Origin: Bryobacterales bacterium | GTDB lineage: Bacteria; Acidobacteriota; Terriglobia; Bryobacterales; UBA6623 | DNA: 64,000 bases | Reading direction: 5' to 3' | NCBI GenBank assembly: GCA_963422375.2 | Contig: OY729427.2 | Span: forward strand, 224,001 to 288,000 | Shown here: piece after piece, positions 21,800 through 31,633 of the stretch | Layout of the letters: every line of letters begins with the position of its first letter | How positions within the stretch are numbered: the first letter of the stretch is position 1 | Notes under the pieces: model-generated | Databases searched by the model: none | What the model was told of the DNA's origin: nothing | Seen by the model: the letters and a program-made list of their open reading frames with translations, nothing else | Translations under genes and position numbers: made by a program

Positions 21800-22929
21800 C
21801 GGATTTTCAGCGTGCTCAGCGCCAGGAGCGCCCACACGAAGCCGGCGATCCAGAAGCGCACGATCACCTTCGACTCGGGCCAGCCGAGCTGCTCGAAGTG
21901 ATGGTGGAGGGGAGACATGCGGAAGATTCGCTTCCCGGTCAGCTTGAAGCTGCCGACCTGGGCGATCACCGAGAGCGTCTCCGCGACGAAGACGCCGCCG
22001 ATGAAGAGCAGCACGATCTCCTGCTTCGCCAGCACGGCGACGATTCCGATCGAGCCGCCGAGGCCGAGCGAGCCGACATCGCCCATGAATATCTGGGCCG
22101 GGTGCGAGTTGTACCAGAGGAAGGCCAGGCTGGCCCCCACGACGGACCCGCAGAAGATCGTCAGCTCCCCCGCCAGGGGCACCCCCGCCACGTCGAGATA
22201 CGACGACAGCTCGCTGTGCCCGGCGATGTACACCAGTACCGCCAGCGCCCCGACGCAGATGATGGTCAGGCCGATGGCCAGCCCGTCCAGGCCGTCCGTG
22301 AGGTTCACGGCGTTGCTGGACCCCACGAGGACGAAGAAGAGGAAGGCCAGGAAGAACACGTAGGCGAACGGCAGCGTCAAGGGGCTCGCGGTCAGGGAGC
22401 CGATAACCAAGTCGGGCTGGAGCTCCTTGAAGAACGGCAGCGAGAGCGTCGTCGAGTAGTCGCCGCGGTGGCTGAGAGCGACCAGCAGCAAGCCGATCAC
22501 CAGGGTCGTGCCGCATTGCAAGGCCATCTTGACCTTGCCCGTGATACCGAGATTTCTCTTGCGCGCGACCTTGCTGAGGTCGTCGACGAGGCCGATCAGG
22601 CCGAATCCGACCATGGCCAGCAGCGCCACCCAGACGTACGGATTGCGCCAGTCGGCCCACAGTAGCGTGGGGACGATGGCCGCGACGCAGATCAGCAGGC
22701 CGCCCATGGTGGGCGTGCCGGCCTTGCTCTGGTGGGAGCGGGGGCCCTCCTCGCGGATGTACTGGCCGCACTGGGCGTCGCGCAGCTTGCGAATGAGCCA
22801 CGGACCGAGCAGCAGGCCGATCGCCAGGGCCGTCAGGCTCGCTACCGCTGTTCGCACGGTGATGTAGCCGAACACGCGAAGAGGGCTCAGGTGGGGGTAG
22901 AGGTATTCGACGAGCGCGTGGTACAGCAT
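21796..22929 (-). CDS. mraY: Phospho-MurNAc-pentapeptide transferase
   Basis: KAGTPTMGG, NAVNLTDGLDGLA, FMGDVGS and PLHHHFE motifs. Confidence 0.98.
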   Translation of the reverse strand: MLYHALVEYLYPHLSPLRVFGYITVRTAVASLTALAIGLLLGPWLIRKLRDAQCGQYIREEGPRSHQSKAGTPTMGGLLICVAAIVPTLLWADWRNPYVWVALLAMVGFGLIGLVDDLSKVARKRNLGITGKVKMALQCGTTLVIGLLLVALSHRGDYSTTLSLPFFKELQPDLVIGSLTASPLTLPFAYVFFLAFLFFVLVGSSNAVNLTDGLDGLAIGLTIICVGALAVLVYIAGHSELSSYLDVAGVPLAGELTIFCGSVVGASLAFLWYNSHPAQIFMGDVGSLGLGGSIGIVAVLAKQEIVLLFIGGVFVAETLSVIAQVGSFKLTGKRIFRMSPLHHHFEQLGWPESKVIVRFWIAGFVWALLALSTLKIR

Positions 22930-22934
22930 GGTCC

Positions 22935-24305
22935 TCAGGCTCGGGTCGCTTCGGAGGGAACTGCCATCCCGAGCGCCTCGTACAGGCGATCGCGCACGCG
23001 CTCGAGCCCGACGCCGCGGGAGGCCTTGATCAGCACGGCATCGCCCGCCCGGACGAGTCCCGCCACGAAACTGGCCGCCGCGGCAGGGCTCTCGTGGAAC
23101 GCGCCTGGCATCCCCGCGGCCGCCGCGATCTCCGCCGCGTCCCCGCCGACGGCGACGAGGTAGTCGATTCCCGCCGACGCCACGGCGGAGCCGACCTGGC
23201 GGTGCAGTTCCCGCGAGCGCTCGCCGAGCTCGCGCATCTCGCCGAGGACGGCGATCCGGCGCGCCGCGGCCGTGCGGCCGAGCACCCGGAGCATGGCCGC
23301 CATCGCGGCGGGGTTGGCGTTGTAGCAATCGTCGATGACGGTGACGCCGCCCGACCGGCGCACCGCGCCGCGCATCGCGGTCGGGCGCAGGCGCGCCAGG
23401 CCGTCCAGCAGCCGCGACGGTCCGTACCCGAGCGCGCCGAGGGCCGCCACCGCGGCCAGCATGTTGTAGACGCTGTGCCGGCCGGGCAGCGCCGAGACCA
23501 CGGGACGGCATTCCAGCCGGAAGCGCGTGCCGTCCGCGCCCAGCTCCTCCACGTCCGTCGCCCGGACATCGGCCTCCCGCTCGATGCCGAACGTGACCGC
23601 CGGCCCCGGGTGCAGGAGCCGGAACTCCGCGACGCGCGAGTCGTCCGCGTTGAGAACCGCCGTCCCTGCCAAGCCGAGAGCCTGGATCAGCCTGCCCTTC
23701 TCGACAGCGATCTCGTCTACGGAGGCGAAGTTTCCCAGGTGGGCCGCGCCCACGTTCGTCACCACTCCGATGTCCGGGGCGGCGGTCTCGGCCAGCGGGC
23801 GCATCTCGCCGGCATGATTGATCCCGATCTCGAACACGCCGGCGCGCGCCGCGTCCGGCGCGCGCAGGAGCGACAGCGGCAAGCCGTACTCGTTGTTGAG
23901 GTTGCCCTCGGTCTTCGCCACGGGCACGAAGTGCCCCAGGAGCTCGGCGATCAGGTCCTTGGTCGTCGTCTTGCCGCCGCTGCCGGTGATCGCGACGACC
24001 GTGCGGCCCCACTCCTTGCGGCCGCGCGCGGCCAGCGCCCGCAGCGCCTCGGTCGTGCTGCGCACGCCCAGAAGGGCCCGGCTCCCGGCACCCGGGTAGG
24101 CCGCGTCGACCACGGCGGCTGCGGCACCACGGCGGAGGGCGTCCGGAACGTAGTCGTGCCCGTCGCAGCGCGGGCCGCGCATCGCGAAGAACAGGTCCCC
24201 GGGCTGCACGGTGCGGGAGTCGATGGAATAGCCGCGAGCCTCGCCGCCGGCCCCGTCCTGGGGCAGCCCGAGCCACGCGCGGATCTGGGAGAGCTGCAGG
24301 ATCAT
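22935..24305 (-). CDS. murF: UDP-MurNAc-tripeptide--D-Ala-D-Ala ligase
   Basis: DSRTV, GSGGKTTTK, NLNNEYGLP, DDCYNANP, LGEMRELG and KASRG motifs. Confidence 0.97.
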   Translation of the reverse strand: MILQLSQIRAWLGLPQDGAGGEARGYSIDSRTVQPGDLFFAMRGPRCDGHDYVPDALRRGAAAAVVDAAYPGAGSRALLGVRSTTEALRALAARGRKEWGRTVVAITGSGGKTTTKDLIAELLGHFVPVAKTEGNLNNEYGLPLSLLRAPDAARAGVFEIGINHAGEMRPLAETAAPDIGVVTNVGAAHLGNFASVDEIAVEKGRLIQALGLAGTAVLNADDSRVAEFRLLHPGPAVTFGIEREADVRATDVEELGADGTRFRLECRPVVSALPGRHSVYNMLAAVAALGALGYGPSRLLDGLARLRPTAMRGAVRRSGGVTVIDDCYNANPAAMAAMLRVLGRTAAARRIAVLGEMRELGERSRELHRQVGSAVASAGIDYLVAVGGDAAEIAAAAGMPGAFHESPAAAASFVAGLVRAGDAVLIKASRGVGLERVRDRLYEALGMAVPSEATRA

Positions 24306-25783
24306 GGCCGCCGGTACCCCATGCCTGCCAGAGCCGTCCGGGCCACCGCCCTGTCGTCGAACTCGACGGTGCCGTCGGCCAGAGCCTGCGTCGTCTCGTG
24401 CCCCTTGCCCGCGAGCAGCACGACGTCTCCGGGCCGGGCCTCCCCGAGCACGGCCCGGATGGCCGCGGCCCGGTCCGGCTCGGCCGCCCAGGCGGCCCGG
24501 GCGCCGCGCAGCCCGGCGCGCACGTCGTCGATGATGCGCTGGGGATCCTCGCTGCGCGGATTGTCGGAGGTGAGAACCGCGAAGTCGCTGAGTTGCCCGG
24601 CGACCCGGCCCATGGGAGCGCGCTTGGCGCGGTCCCTGTCGCCGCCGCACCCGAAGAGCGTGAGAACGCGGCCGGGGGCGCGACCGCGGTCCGCGATCTC
24701 CCTGGCCGTCTGGATCAGCCGCCGCAAGGCGTCTTCCGTGTGGGCGTAGTCGACCACCGTCAGGAACGGCTGGCCGCCGTCGATGGTCTCGAAGCGTCCC
24801 GGCACGGGGCGCACCTCCCGCAGGCCCGCCTCGATCTCCGCGGCGGCGAGACCGTGGCACTGGGCGGCGGCGATGGCCGCCAGCAGGTTGCCGACGTTGA
24901 AGCTGCCCGCCAAAGGGGCTTGGACGCGGATCCGGCCGCACGGGGTTTCCGCTTCGAACCGGAGGCCCCTGGCGTCGGCGACGACTCCCCGGGCCCGCAC
25001 GTCGGCCGCCGGGCCGCGACCGAACGCGACCGCGCGGGACAGGCCCAAGCCTAGGAATTCCCGCCCGGTCGGGTCGTCGGCGTTGGCCACCGCCCACCGG
25101 GGCGGCGCCGCTCCCGCGCCCTCGAACAGCCTCCGCTTAGCCGCCGCGTAGGCGGCCATGTCGCCGTGGAAGTCCAGGTGCTCCGGGGTCAGGTTAGTGA
25201 AGACCGCCGTGTGGAATTCCATCCCGCTGATGCGCTCGAGCGCCAGCGCGTGCGAGGAGGCTTCCAGCGTCGCGTGGCTGCCGCCGACGGACACGAGCCG
25301 GTCCAGCATCCGGACGATGTCGAGGGATTCGGGCGTGGTGTTGACGGCCTTCTCGGCCACCGTCCCGACGCGGTGCTGGATGGTGCCCAGCAGCGCTGTC
25401 GGCCGGCCGGCCGAACGCAGCAGCGAGTCGATCACGTGGGCCGTGGTGGTCTTGCCGTTGGTGCCGGTCACCGCCGTCAGCGCCACCCGCCGGTCGGGGC
25501 GGCGGAAGAAGCGCAGGCTCGCCTGGGCGAGCGCGCGGCGGCCGTGCCGCACGCGGGCCCAGCGCGCCCGCAGGCCGTCCGGCGCGGAGCGCTCGCTGAC
25601 TATCGCCGCAGCGCCCGCTTCCAGCGCGCTCTCGACGAACCGGTGCCCGTCGACGCGCTGGCCGGGAAACGCGAAGAACGCCTCGCCCGAGCGCACCGCC
25701 CGGGAGTCGTACTGCAAGCCGCTCACTTCGACAGCCGGAACGGCCCCCGCGGCCTCGCCCTGCAGCATGGCCTCGAGCCTCAT
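24302..25783 (-). CDS. murE: UDP-MurNAc-dipeptide--meso-DAP ligase
   Basis: TGTNGKTT, EASSH, VDYAHT, GCGGDRD, DNPR (DAP specificity) and AGKGHE motifs. Confidence 0.98.
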   Translation of the reverse strand: MRLEAMLQGEAAGAVPAVEVSGLQYDSRAVRSGEAFFAFPGQRVDGHRFVESALEAGAAAIVSERSAPDGLRARWARVRHGRRALAQASLRFFRRPDRRVALTAVTGTNGKTTTAHVIDSLLRSAGRPTALLGTIQHRVGTVAEKAVNTTPESLDIVRMLDRLVSVGGSHATLEASSHALALERISGMEFHTAVFTNLTPEHLDFHGDMAAYAAAKRRLFEGAGAAPPRWAVANADDPTGREFLGLGLSRAVAFGRGPAADVRARGVVADARGLRFEAETPCGRIRVQAPLAGSFNVGNLLAAIAAAQCHGLAAAEIEAGLREVRPVPGRFETIDGGQPFLTVVDYAHTEDALRRLIQTAREIADRGRAPGRVLTLFGCGGDRDRAKRAPMGRVAGQLSDFAVLTSDNPRSEDPQRIIDDVRAGLRGARAAWAAEPDRAAAIRAVLGEARPGDVVLLAGKGHETTQALADGTVEFDDRAVARTALAGMGYRRP

Positions 25784-25980
25784 CGCCCGCCTCCGCCGAC
25801 CCCGCGGCAGGCGTCGTCCGTGCCCGCGAGCGAGGACCCGAATTGAATGCGTGGCATCCGGCCGGCACCACCGACGCTCTCCCCGGGAGGCGGCGACTGC
25901 GGGCGGGCCACGCCGCTGCCGCTCGACACCACTGCGAGCTCGAGGCGGGCCGCCAAGGAGAACGGGTCGCGCATGGTCAC
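25780..25980 (-). pseudogene. Relic copy of the FtsI C-terminal PASTA-like segment (66-aa open frame)
   Basis: MRDPFSLAARLELAVVSSGSGVARPQSP versus the FtsI tail MRDAFSLAARLGIEVVSSGSGMARLQSP. Confidence 0.85.
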
Positions 25981-26420
25981 GCCGCGCAGGTCGGGGGCGG
26001 TCCGCCGGGGCCCGGCTTCCGAGGCGGCCGCGAGACTGGAAGGCCGGCCACCTTCCCGACGCGGTGCTGGATGGCGCCCGGCAGCGCGGTCGGCCGGTCG
26101 GTCGGCCGCAGGAGCGAGGCGATCATGCGGGCCGTGGCGGTCTTGCCGTTGGTGCCGGTCACCGCTGTCAGCGCCACTCGCCGGTCGGGGCGGCGGAAGA
26201 GGGGCGGGCTCGCTTGGGAGAGCGCGCGGCGGCCGTGCCGCACCCGGTCCCAGCGGGCCCGCAGGGCGTCCGCCGCGTGGCGCTCGCCGACGCGCCGGCC
26301 GGGAAACGCGAAGGACGCCTCGCCCGAGCGCACTGCCCGGGAGTCGTACCGCAACCAGCTCGCTTCGACGGGCGGAACGGCCGCCGCGGCCTGGCCTGGC
26401 AACATGGCGTCCAGCCTCAT
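25977..26420 (-). pseudogene. Relic copy of the MurE N-terminus (147-aa open frame)
   Basis: MRLDAMLPG...YDSRAVRSGE...VTGTNGKT matches the MurE N-terminus with an 18-aa in-frame deletion; truncated after HRVG. Confidence 0.88.
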
Positions 26421-28570
26421 CGCCCGCCTCCGCCGGCCCCTCGGAGCGCGTCGTCCGCTCCCGCGAGCGAGGACGCGAACTGAATGCGCAGCACCTGGCC
26501 GGCGCCGATGCTCTCCCCGGGGGCCGGCGACTGCAGGCGGGCCATGCCGCTGCCGCTCGACACCACCTCGATCCCGAGCCGGGCCGCCAAGGAGAACGCG
26601 TCGCGCATGGTCAGGCCGCGCACGTCGGGAGCGGCCCGCCGGGGCGCGCCTTTCGGGACAGCCGCGAGCGCGGCAGGCCGGTCGGGCGGCCGCGCCCAGG
26701 CGGGCCCGAGGAATTCCTCCCCCGCCGGATCGTCGGGCCGCCCGTTGACGAAATCGGCGACCAGCGTCTCCGGGACGCGACGGGCCGGGCCCGGCTCGGT
26801 CGGGTAGACCTTGGACGGCGGCACGTCCAGCCGGCGCAGGGCCAGTTCCATGACCGACGCGAACAGGGGCGCCGCGATCCTTCCGCCGTAGTAGTGCTGG
26901 CCGCGCGGGTCGTACAGCATCGCGACCCCGACCAGGGCCGGGTCGTTGACGGGCGCGAAGCCGCAGAAGCTCGCCATGTAGGCGCCGTCGGCGTAGGACC
27001 GGGAAACCGGATTGATCATCTGGGCGGTGCCCGTCTTGCCGGCGACGCGATAGCCTGGTATGCTCGCCAGCCGCCCGGTCCCTCTCTCGACGACCTGCTC
27101 GAGAATCGCCTGCATGGTCGCGGCGGTATCCGCGCTGATCACGCGCGCACTCTCTCCGTGCGCGAAGACCTGCTCGGCCCCGCCGGGCCTGCGCACGCCG
27201 CGAACGACGCGGGGCGGGACCAAGCTCCCGCCGTTGGCAATGGCCGCGAACAGCCTCGCCATCTGCAGCGCGGAAACACCCACCTCCTGCCCCATGGACA
27301 GGGAGGCGAGCGAGGCCCCGCTCCAGCGCGACAGAGGGCGCACCAGACCGGGAGTCTCGCTCGGCAGCCGCACGCCCGTGGGGCTGCCGAAGCCGAAGCG
27401 GCGGATGTACCGGTGGAGGTCGTCCGAGCCCAGCCGCACGCCCATCTTGATGATGCCGACGTTGCTCGACTTCATCAGGACCTCCGGCATCGTGAGCATG
27501 CCGTAGGGGTGGTGGTCGCGGATGCGGCGCCGGTCGATCCAAATCGAGCCCATCTGGCAATCGAATTCATCCTCAGGCGTGACCGCGCCCTCCTCCAGAG
27601 CGGCGGCGGCCGTGAGCACCTTGAACGTCGAACCCGGCTCGACGAGATGGCTGATCGCGAAGTTGCGCCGGTTCTCGAGCTCGGCCTCCGTTCGCGTGAG
27701 ATGGTTGGGGTCAAAGCGAGGCCAGCTCGCCATGGCCACGACCTCGCCGGACCGCGGGCGCATCAGCACGACCGTCCCCGCCTGCGACTTGGTTTCCTTG
27801 ACGGCGCGCTCCAGTTCCATGTGGGCCACCGACTGAATGTCGAGGTCCAGCTCGAGGATGACGTCGTCGCCCGGAACGGAGGGGCGCAGCGCCTGGCGCC
27901 CGTAGCGGCGCTGCCGGGCGTCGTAGTGGAAGACGCCGAGACCGGGCTCGCCGCGCAGCCGGGGCTCGAATCGCTGCTCGATCCCGGCCTGGCCGTGATG
28001 GTCGAGCCCGACCGTCCCGAGAACGTGCGCGGCAACCGTGCCGTGGGGGTAGTAGCGCTTGCTCTCGGTCTCGAAATGGAGGATGTCCAGTCCCAAGCCG
28101 CGCGCCCGCCGCGCCTCGCCCAGCGTGACCAGCCGCTTGACCCATTGGAATCCGCCTCGCTGCAAGCGGAGGTAGAGCTGCTTCGCGTCCACGGAGACGG
28201 CCTCGGCCAGCATCGCGGCCAAGGCCCGTCGGTCCCCGGCCCGGTCGGAGAACACGCCGATCGACTCGGCAGGCGTGCTGAGGGCGAACTGCCTGCCGCG
28301 ACGGTCCAGGATGCCCCCGCGGCGCGCCGCGATGTCGACCGTCGCCTCCTGCTGGCGGAGCGCCCTGGCGCTGAGCTCGCGGCTCTGGAGCACCTGCAGG
28401 TCGAGCAGCCGCAGCACGACCACGCAGAACCAGGCCAACGTGACGAGACTGAACTTGAGGCAGCGCCCGCGGCCGCGCCGGTTCAGGCCGCGCCTGGGGA
28501 ATAGCGGGGCGCCCGCGGGCGGCCGCGGGCGCGAAGCGCCTGCTCCCCTCGACTCGCCGGGCACGGGCAT
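26417..28570 (-). CDS. ftsI: Class B penicillin-binding protein FtsI with C-terminal PASTA-like domain
   Basis: RGGILDR, RYYPHG, STFK, SSN and KTGTAQ motifs; GGAG SD before MPVPG. Confidence 0.96.
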   Translation of the reverse strand: MPVPGESRGAGASRPRPPAGAPLFPRRGLNRRGRGRCLKFSLVTLAWFCVVVLRLLDLQVLQSRELSARALRQQEATVDIAARRGGILDRRGRQFALSTPAESIGVFSDRAGDRRALAAMLAEAVSVDAKQLYLRLQRGGFQWVKRLVTLGEARRARGLGLDILHFETESKRYYPHGTVAAHVLGTVGLDHHGQAGIEQRFEPRLRGEPGLGVFHYDARQRRYGRQALRPSVPGDDVILELDLDIQSVAHMELERAVKETKSQAGTVVLMRPRSGEVVAMASWPRFDPNHLTRTEAELENRRNFAISHLVEPGSTFKVLTAAAALEEGAVTPEDEFDCQMGSIWIDRRRIRDHHPYGMLTMPEVLMKSSNVGIIKMGVRLGSDDLHRYIRRFGFGSPTGVRLPSETPGLVRPLSRWSGASLASLSMGQEVGVSALQMARLFAAIANGGSLVPPRVVRGVRRPGGAEQVFAHGESARVISADTAATMQAILEQVVERGTGRLASIPGYRVAGKTGTAQMINPVSRSYADGAYMASFCGFAPVNDPALVGVAMLYDPRGQHYYGGRIAAPLFASVMELALRRLDVPPSKVYPTEPGPARRVPETLVADFVNGRPDDPAGEEFLGPAWARPPDRPAALAAVPKGAPRRAAPDVRGLTMRDAFSLAARLGIEVVSSGSGMARLQSPAPGESIGAGQVLRIQFASSLAGADDALRGAGGGGR

Positions 28571-28629
28571 GTTGCTCTCTCCTCGGGTTCCTGTCTCGAT
28601 GATCCTTTTCGCCGCTTGCCGGCAGCGCC

Positions 28630-29169
28630 TCACTCGTCGCTGGCGAAGAGCCGCGCCACGGCCGTCTCGGTCACGCCGCGGTCGGGGACCGGCTCGAGCC
28701 AGGTGTACCGGCCCTCCTGCGTCTCGCGCAGGCCGCTCCGCTCGGCCAGCGCCGCCACGCGGCGAAGGTCTTCGAGCCGGCCCTTCTGCATCGTGAGCTG
28801 GTCGCGCACCGCGACCAGCTGCTCGATGGTCTCGGCGAGCTGGGCCTGGCGGTAGCCGGAGTGCCTGACCCACAGCCGCGGCCCGAAGGCCAGCAGGAGC
28901 AGGAAGGCGATGAACAGCCCCCAGCTGATGTGCGCGCGCAGCTCGTCGCGATCCGCCGGGTCGTGCCGGTAGCTCACCCGGCTGTTGTCGATTTCCTTCT
29001 GGTACAGCACGGCTCCCTCCAGGGGCACGGCACGCCGTGCCCCCTCGGATGAAGCATCGGCGCCGCTGCCGATGGCGGGGCTCAGCACTGCGTGCGACAT
29101 GGAAGCGTCGCTCCAGCCGTACTGAGGGTGCCGCGGCAGCGGCGCGTTCGGTTCAGTCTTCTTCTCCAT
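28630..29169 (-). CDS. ftsL: FtsL-like cell division protein
   Basis: Between rsmH and ftsI; KEIDNSRV, one TM helix, coiled coil and RVAALAERSGL; start uncertain (29169 or 29100). Confidence 0.7.
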   Translation of the reverse strand: MEKKTEPNAPLPRHPQYGWSDASMSHAVLSPAIGSGADASSEGARRAVPLEGAVLYQKEIDNSRVSYRHDPADRDELRAHISWGLFIAFLLLLAFGPRLWVRHSGYRQAQLAETIEQLVAVRDQLTMQKGRLEDLRRVAALAERSGLRETQEGRYTWLEPVPDRGVTETAVARLFASDE

Positions 29170-29183
29170 GCGTACCGAATCCT

Positions 29184-30095
29184 TCACGTTGGGGCGCCGG
29201 ACCGCCTCGTCCGGCAGGCCGCGCGCAAGCGCGCGCTGCGGCTGGGCGGATTGCGCTCCACCTCGGACGCCGACGGGCGGACCACCCGGCGCGTCAAGAT
29301 CTCGTAGGTCCCGGCGGCGGCCTGCCTCCGGAACGACTGCTTCACCAAGCGGTCCTCGCCGCTGTGGAAACTGAGCACCACGACGCGCCCGCCGGGCGCG
29401 AGCAGGCCGGGCGCGGCCTCGAGCAGAGCCGCCAGCTCGCCGGGCTCGTCGTTGACCGCCATGCGCAGGGCCTGGAACGTGCGCGTGGCGGGATGGATGC
29501 GCCGACGCGACGCGCTTGGCACGGCCGACGCGACGATGCCCGCCAGATGCTCCGTGTCGCGGACCGGCCGGGCCCGGACCACGGCGCGCGCGATGCGCCG
29601 ACTGTGGCGCTCGTCGGCGAGGTCGAAGAGCAGGTTCGCGAGATCCCGCTCGCCCCAGCGGTTGACCAAGTCGGTCGCGCTCAGCTCCTGGCGCCGGTCG
29701 AAGCGCATGTCCAAGGGGCCCTGCCGACGCAGGCTGAAGCCGCGGGCGGGGTCGCCCAATTGCGGGCGCGACAGGCCGAGGTCCGCGACGATTCCCGCGA
29801 GGGGCAGACACGGCCGGGCCGCCTCGGCGATCCCCGAGAACGGGCCGTGATGGAACTCGACGCGTCCGCGGAACTCCCGCAGGACCGCGCGACAGCGGTC
29901 GAGGGCGGCCCCGTCCCGATCGATCGCCACGAGCCGCGCGACGGCGCTGCGCTCGAGGATGCGCCGCGCATGGCCGCCCGACCCGACGGTGCAGTCGCAG
30001 TAGGCCCCGGTCAGGGCCGCGCCGCCGTCGCCTAGCAGGTACCGTTCCATCTCGTCCGCCATCACCGGGTAGTGCTCGTCCGCCTCCGCCGTCAC
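29184..30095 (-). CDS. rsmH: 16S rRNA m4C1402 methyltransferase
   Basis: HYPVM, DCTVGSGGH, DLGLS, PLDMR, HPATRTFQALR, FHSGEDR and NPPSRSARLR motifs. Confidence 0.97.
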   Translation of the reverse strand: MTAEADEHYPVMADEMERYLLGDGGAALTGAYCDCTVGSGGHARRILERSAVARLVAIDRDGAALDRCRAVLREFRGRVEFHHGPFSGIAEAARPCLPLAGIVADLGLSRPQLGDPARGFSLRRQGPLDMRFDRRQELSATDLVNRWGERDLANLLFDLADERHSRRIARAVVRARPVRDTEHLAGIVASAVPSASRRRIHPATRTFQALRMAVNDEPGELAALLEAAPGLLAPGGRVVVLSFHSGEDRLVKQSFRRQAAAGTYEILTRRVVRPSASEVERNPPSRSARLRAACRTRRSGAPT

Positions 30096-30553
30096 AGGCC
30101 TAGGTTCGCCGCGAGCTGCAGGTCGTTCTCCGTCAGCTCGTTGTCCTCGATCGCCTGGCTGTACAGGCTCTCGGTCATGGCGATAATGTGATTCGACTGC
30201 CACTGGAGCTTCACCGCGCCTCGCAAGTCCGCCGACTCCCGCAGCGTCGCCGGCAGCGTGCAGCGTCCCTGCGCGTCCAGCGTCTGCTCCGTGCCGAACC
30301 GATTGGCTTGGAAGAGGATCTTGTGCTTCAGGGCGCCGTCCCGGGCCTGGTCCGGGCCGGCCGGCGTCGGGGACAGCGTCGCCTCGACCAGCTCCCATTC
30401 CTTGATGGGGTAGATCTTGACCAGCTTGCCGTCGATGCTCGTCACGAAGAGGTCCGCGCTGCTGTACCGGCCCTGCAGGGAGCGCTTCACGGACGCGGGC
30501 AGCTTGAGGCGCCCCTTGTCGTCCACGTTCCCGTTGTACGTCCCGCGAAACAC
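30092..30553 (-). CDS. mraZ: Transcriptional regulator MraZ
   Basis: (M)FRGTY, DDKGRLKLP and DAQGR motifs; first gene of the dcw cluster. Confidence 0.93.
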   Translation of the reverse strand: MFRGTYNGNVDDKGRLKLPASVKRSLQGRYSSADLFVTSIDGKLVKIYPIKEWELVEATLSPTPAGPDQARDGALKHKILFQANRFGTEQTLDAQGRCTLPATLRESADLRGAVKLQWQSNHIIAMTESLYSQAIEDNELTENDLQLAANLGL

Positions 30554-30604
30554 TGTCAGCCACTTGCAACCACTTTCGTCTAAGAGCAGCCACTTCCGTC
30601 CACA
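30551..30604 (-). promoter_or_regulatory. MraZ-binding direct repeats (GTGG at 10-nt period)
   Basis: Minus strand reads TTGTGGACGG AAGTGGCTGC TCTTAGACGA AAGTGGTTGC AAGTGGCTGA CAGTG; TTGACA at 30636-30631. Confidence 0.8.
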
Positions 30605-30855
30605 ACATGTTGCTCGCTCCCAGCTAGGGTTGTCAAGCGCTATCTCGTTGATTTTTCGATCTTTTTCAAACCTTGGAATATCTTGGGCAACTATCCGGGG
30701 CCTACCACAATCAGTAGTGTCGCGGGTGCCCGGACTCGCTACATGATGGTGCCCGCGGCACCCTCTCGAGGCACTTCGAGGCGATTTGCGACAATGGGCC
30801 GGGACGGGGCGGACGCAGATTCCGGCCACGTCGAGCGCGCGGGGAGGGCGATTCC

Positions 30856-31614
30856 GTGAAACTAGGGCTGGTCACTTACAACGTCGGGAAGGACTGGGGC
30901 GTACCGACGATCATCGAAAAGCTCGGCGCCACCGGCTTCGAGGCCGTCGAGCTGCGCAGCACGCACCGGCACGGGGTCGAGCCCGGCATCCCGCCGGCCA
31001 GGGTGGACGAGGTCCGTCGCACCTTCGAGGAGAGCCGGGTGCGCCTGCTGAGCCTTGGATCGGCCTGCGAGTTCCATGCGCCCGACCCCGGGGAGCGGGC
31101 AGCGAACGTCCGGGAAACTGCGGGCTTCGTGGAACTCGCCCACGACCTCGGCTGCTGGGGCGTCAAGGTGCGCCCCAACGGTCTGCCCGAGGGAGTTCCG
31201 CGGGCGGTCACGGTAGGGCGCATCGCCGAGGCGCTGCGCGCCTGTGGCGACCACGCCCTCGGCTACGGCGTCGAGATCTGGGTCGAGGTGCACGGGCGAG
31301 GCACGCAGCAGCCGGACGTGATGCGGGAGATCATGGACCGATGCGCGCACCCGTCGGTGGGAGTCTGCTGGAACTCCAACCCGACCGACATCCGCGACGG
31401 CTCGATCGAGGCGTCCTTCGACCTGCTGCGGCCGTTCGTCCGCAACGTGCATATCCGCGACCTGCCGGACTACCCGCACCGCGAGCTGTTCCGGTTGCTG
31501 AGGTCGGTCGGCTACGACCGCTACACGCTGGCGGAGACGGCGCAGAGCTGCGAGCCGGACCGCTACTTGCGCTACTACCGCGCGCTGTGGCGCGAGCTCG
31601 CGCGCGACGCCTGA
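30856..31614 (+). CDS. Sugar phosphate isomerase/epimerase (xylose isomerase-like TIM barrel)
   Basis: GFEAVELR, WVEVHG, VCWN, VHIRD and LAE motifs. Confidence 0.85.
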   Translation: MKLGLVTYNVGKDWGVPTIIEKLGATGFEAVELRSTHRHGVEPGIPPARVDEVRRTFEESRVRLLSLGSACEFHAPDPGERAANVRETAGFVELAHDLGCWGVKVRPNGLPEGVPRAVTVGRIAEALRACGDHALGYGVEIWVEVHGRGTQQPDVMREIMDRCAHPSVGVCWNSNPTDIRDGSIEASFDLLRPFVRNVHIRDLPDYPHRELFRLLRSVGYDRYTLAETAQSCEPDRYLRYYRALWRELARDA

Positions 31615-31633
31615 GCCCCGGGGCGCTACCTAG

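Larger units (their letters stand above)
25354..26681. repeat. Diverged direct tandem duplication of the ftsI 3' end plus murE 5' end
   Basis: Unit A 25354-26047 versus unit B 26045-26681; offsets of 691, 637 and 634 nt are explained by a 54-nt deletion and a 3-nt insertion. Confidence 0.92.

Noticed and set aside
15970..30829. Apparent long N-terminal extensions or fusions on ftsQ, murG, murD, mraY, murF, ftsI, ftsL, rsmH and mraZ in the ORF track
   Set aside because: The extensions overlap upstream genes or regulatory DNA; the true starts are the downstream, mostly stop-overlapping codons.
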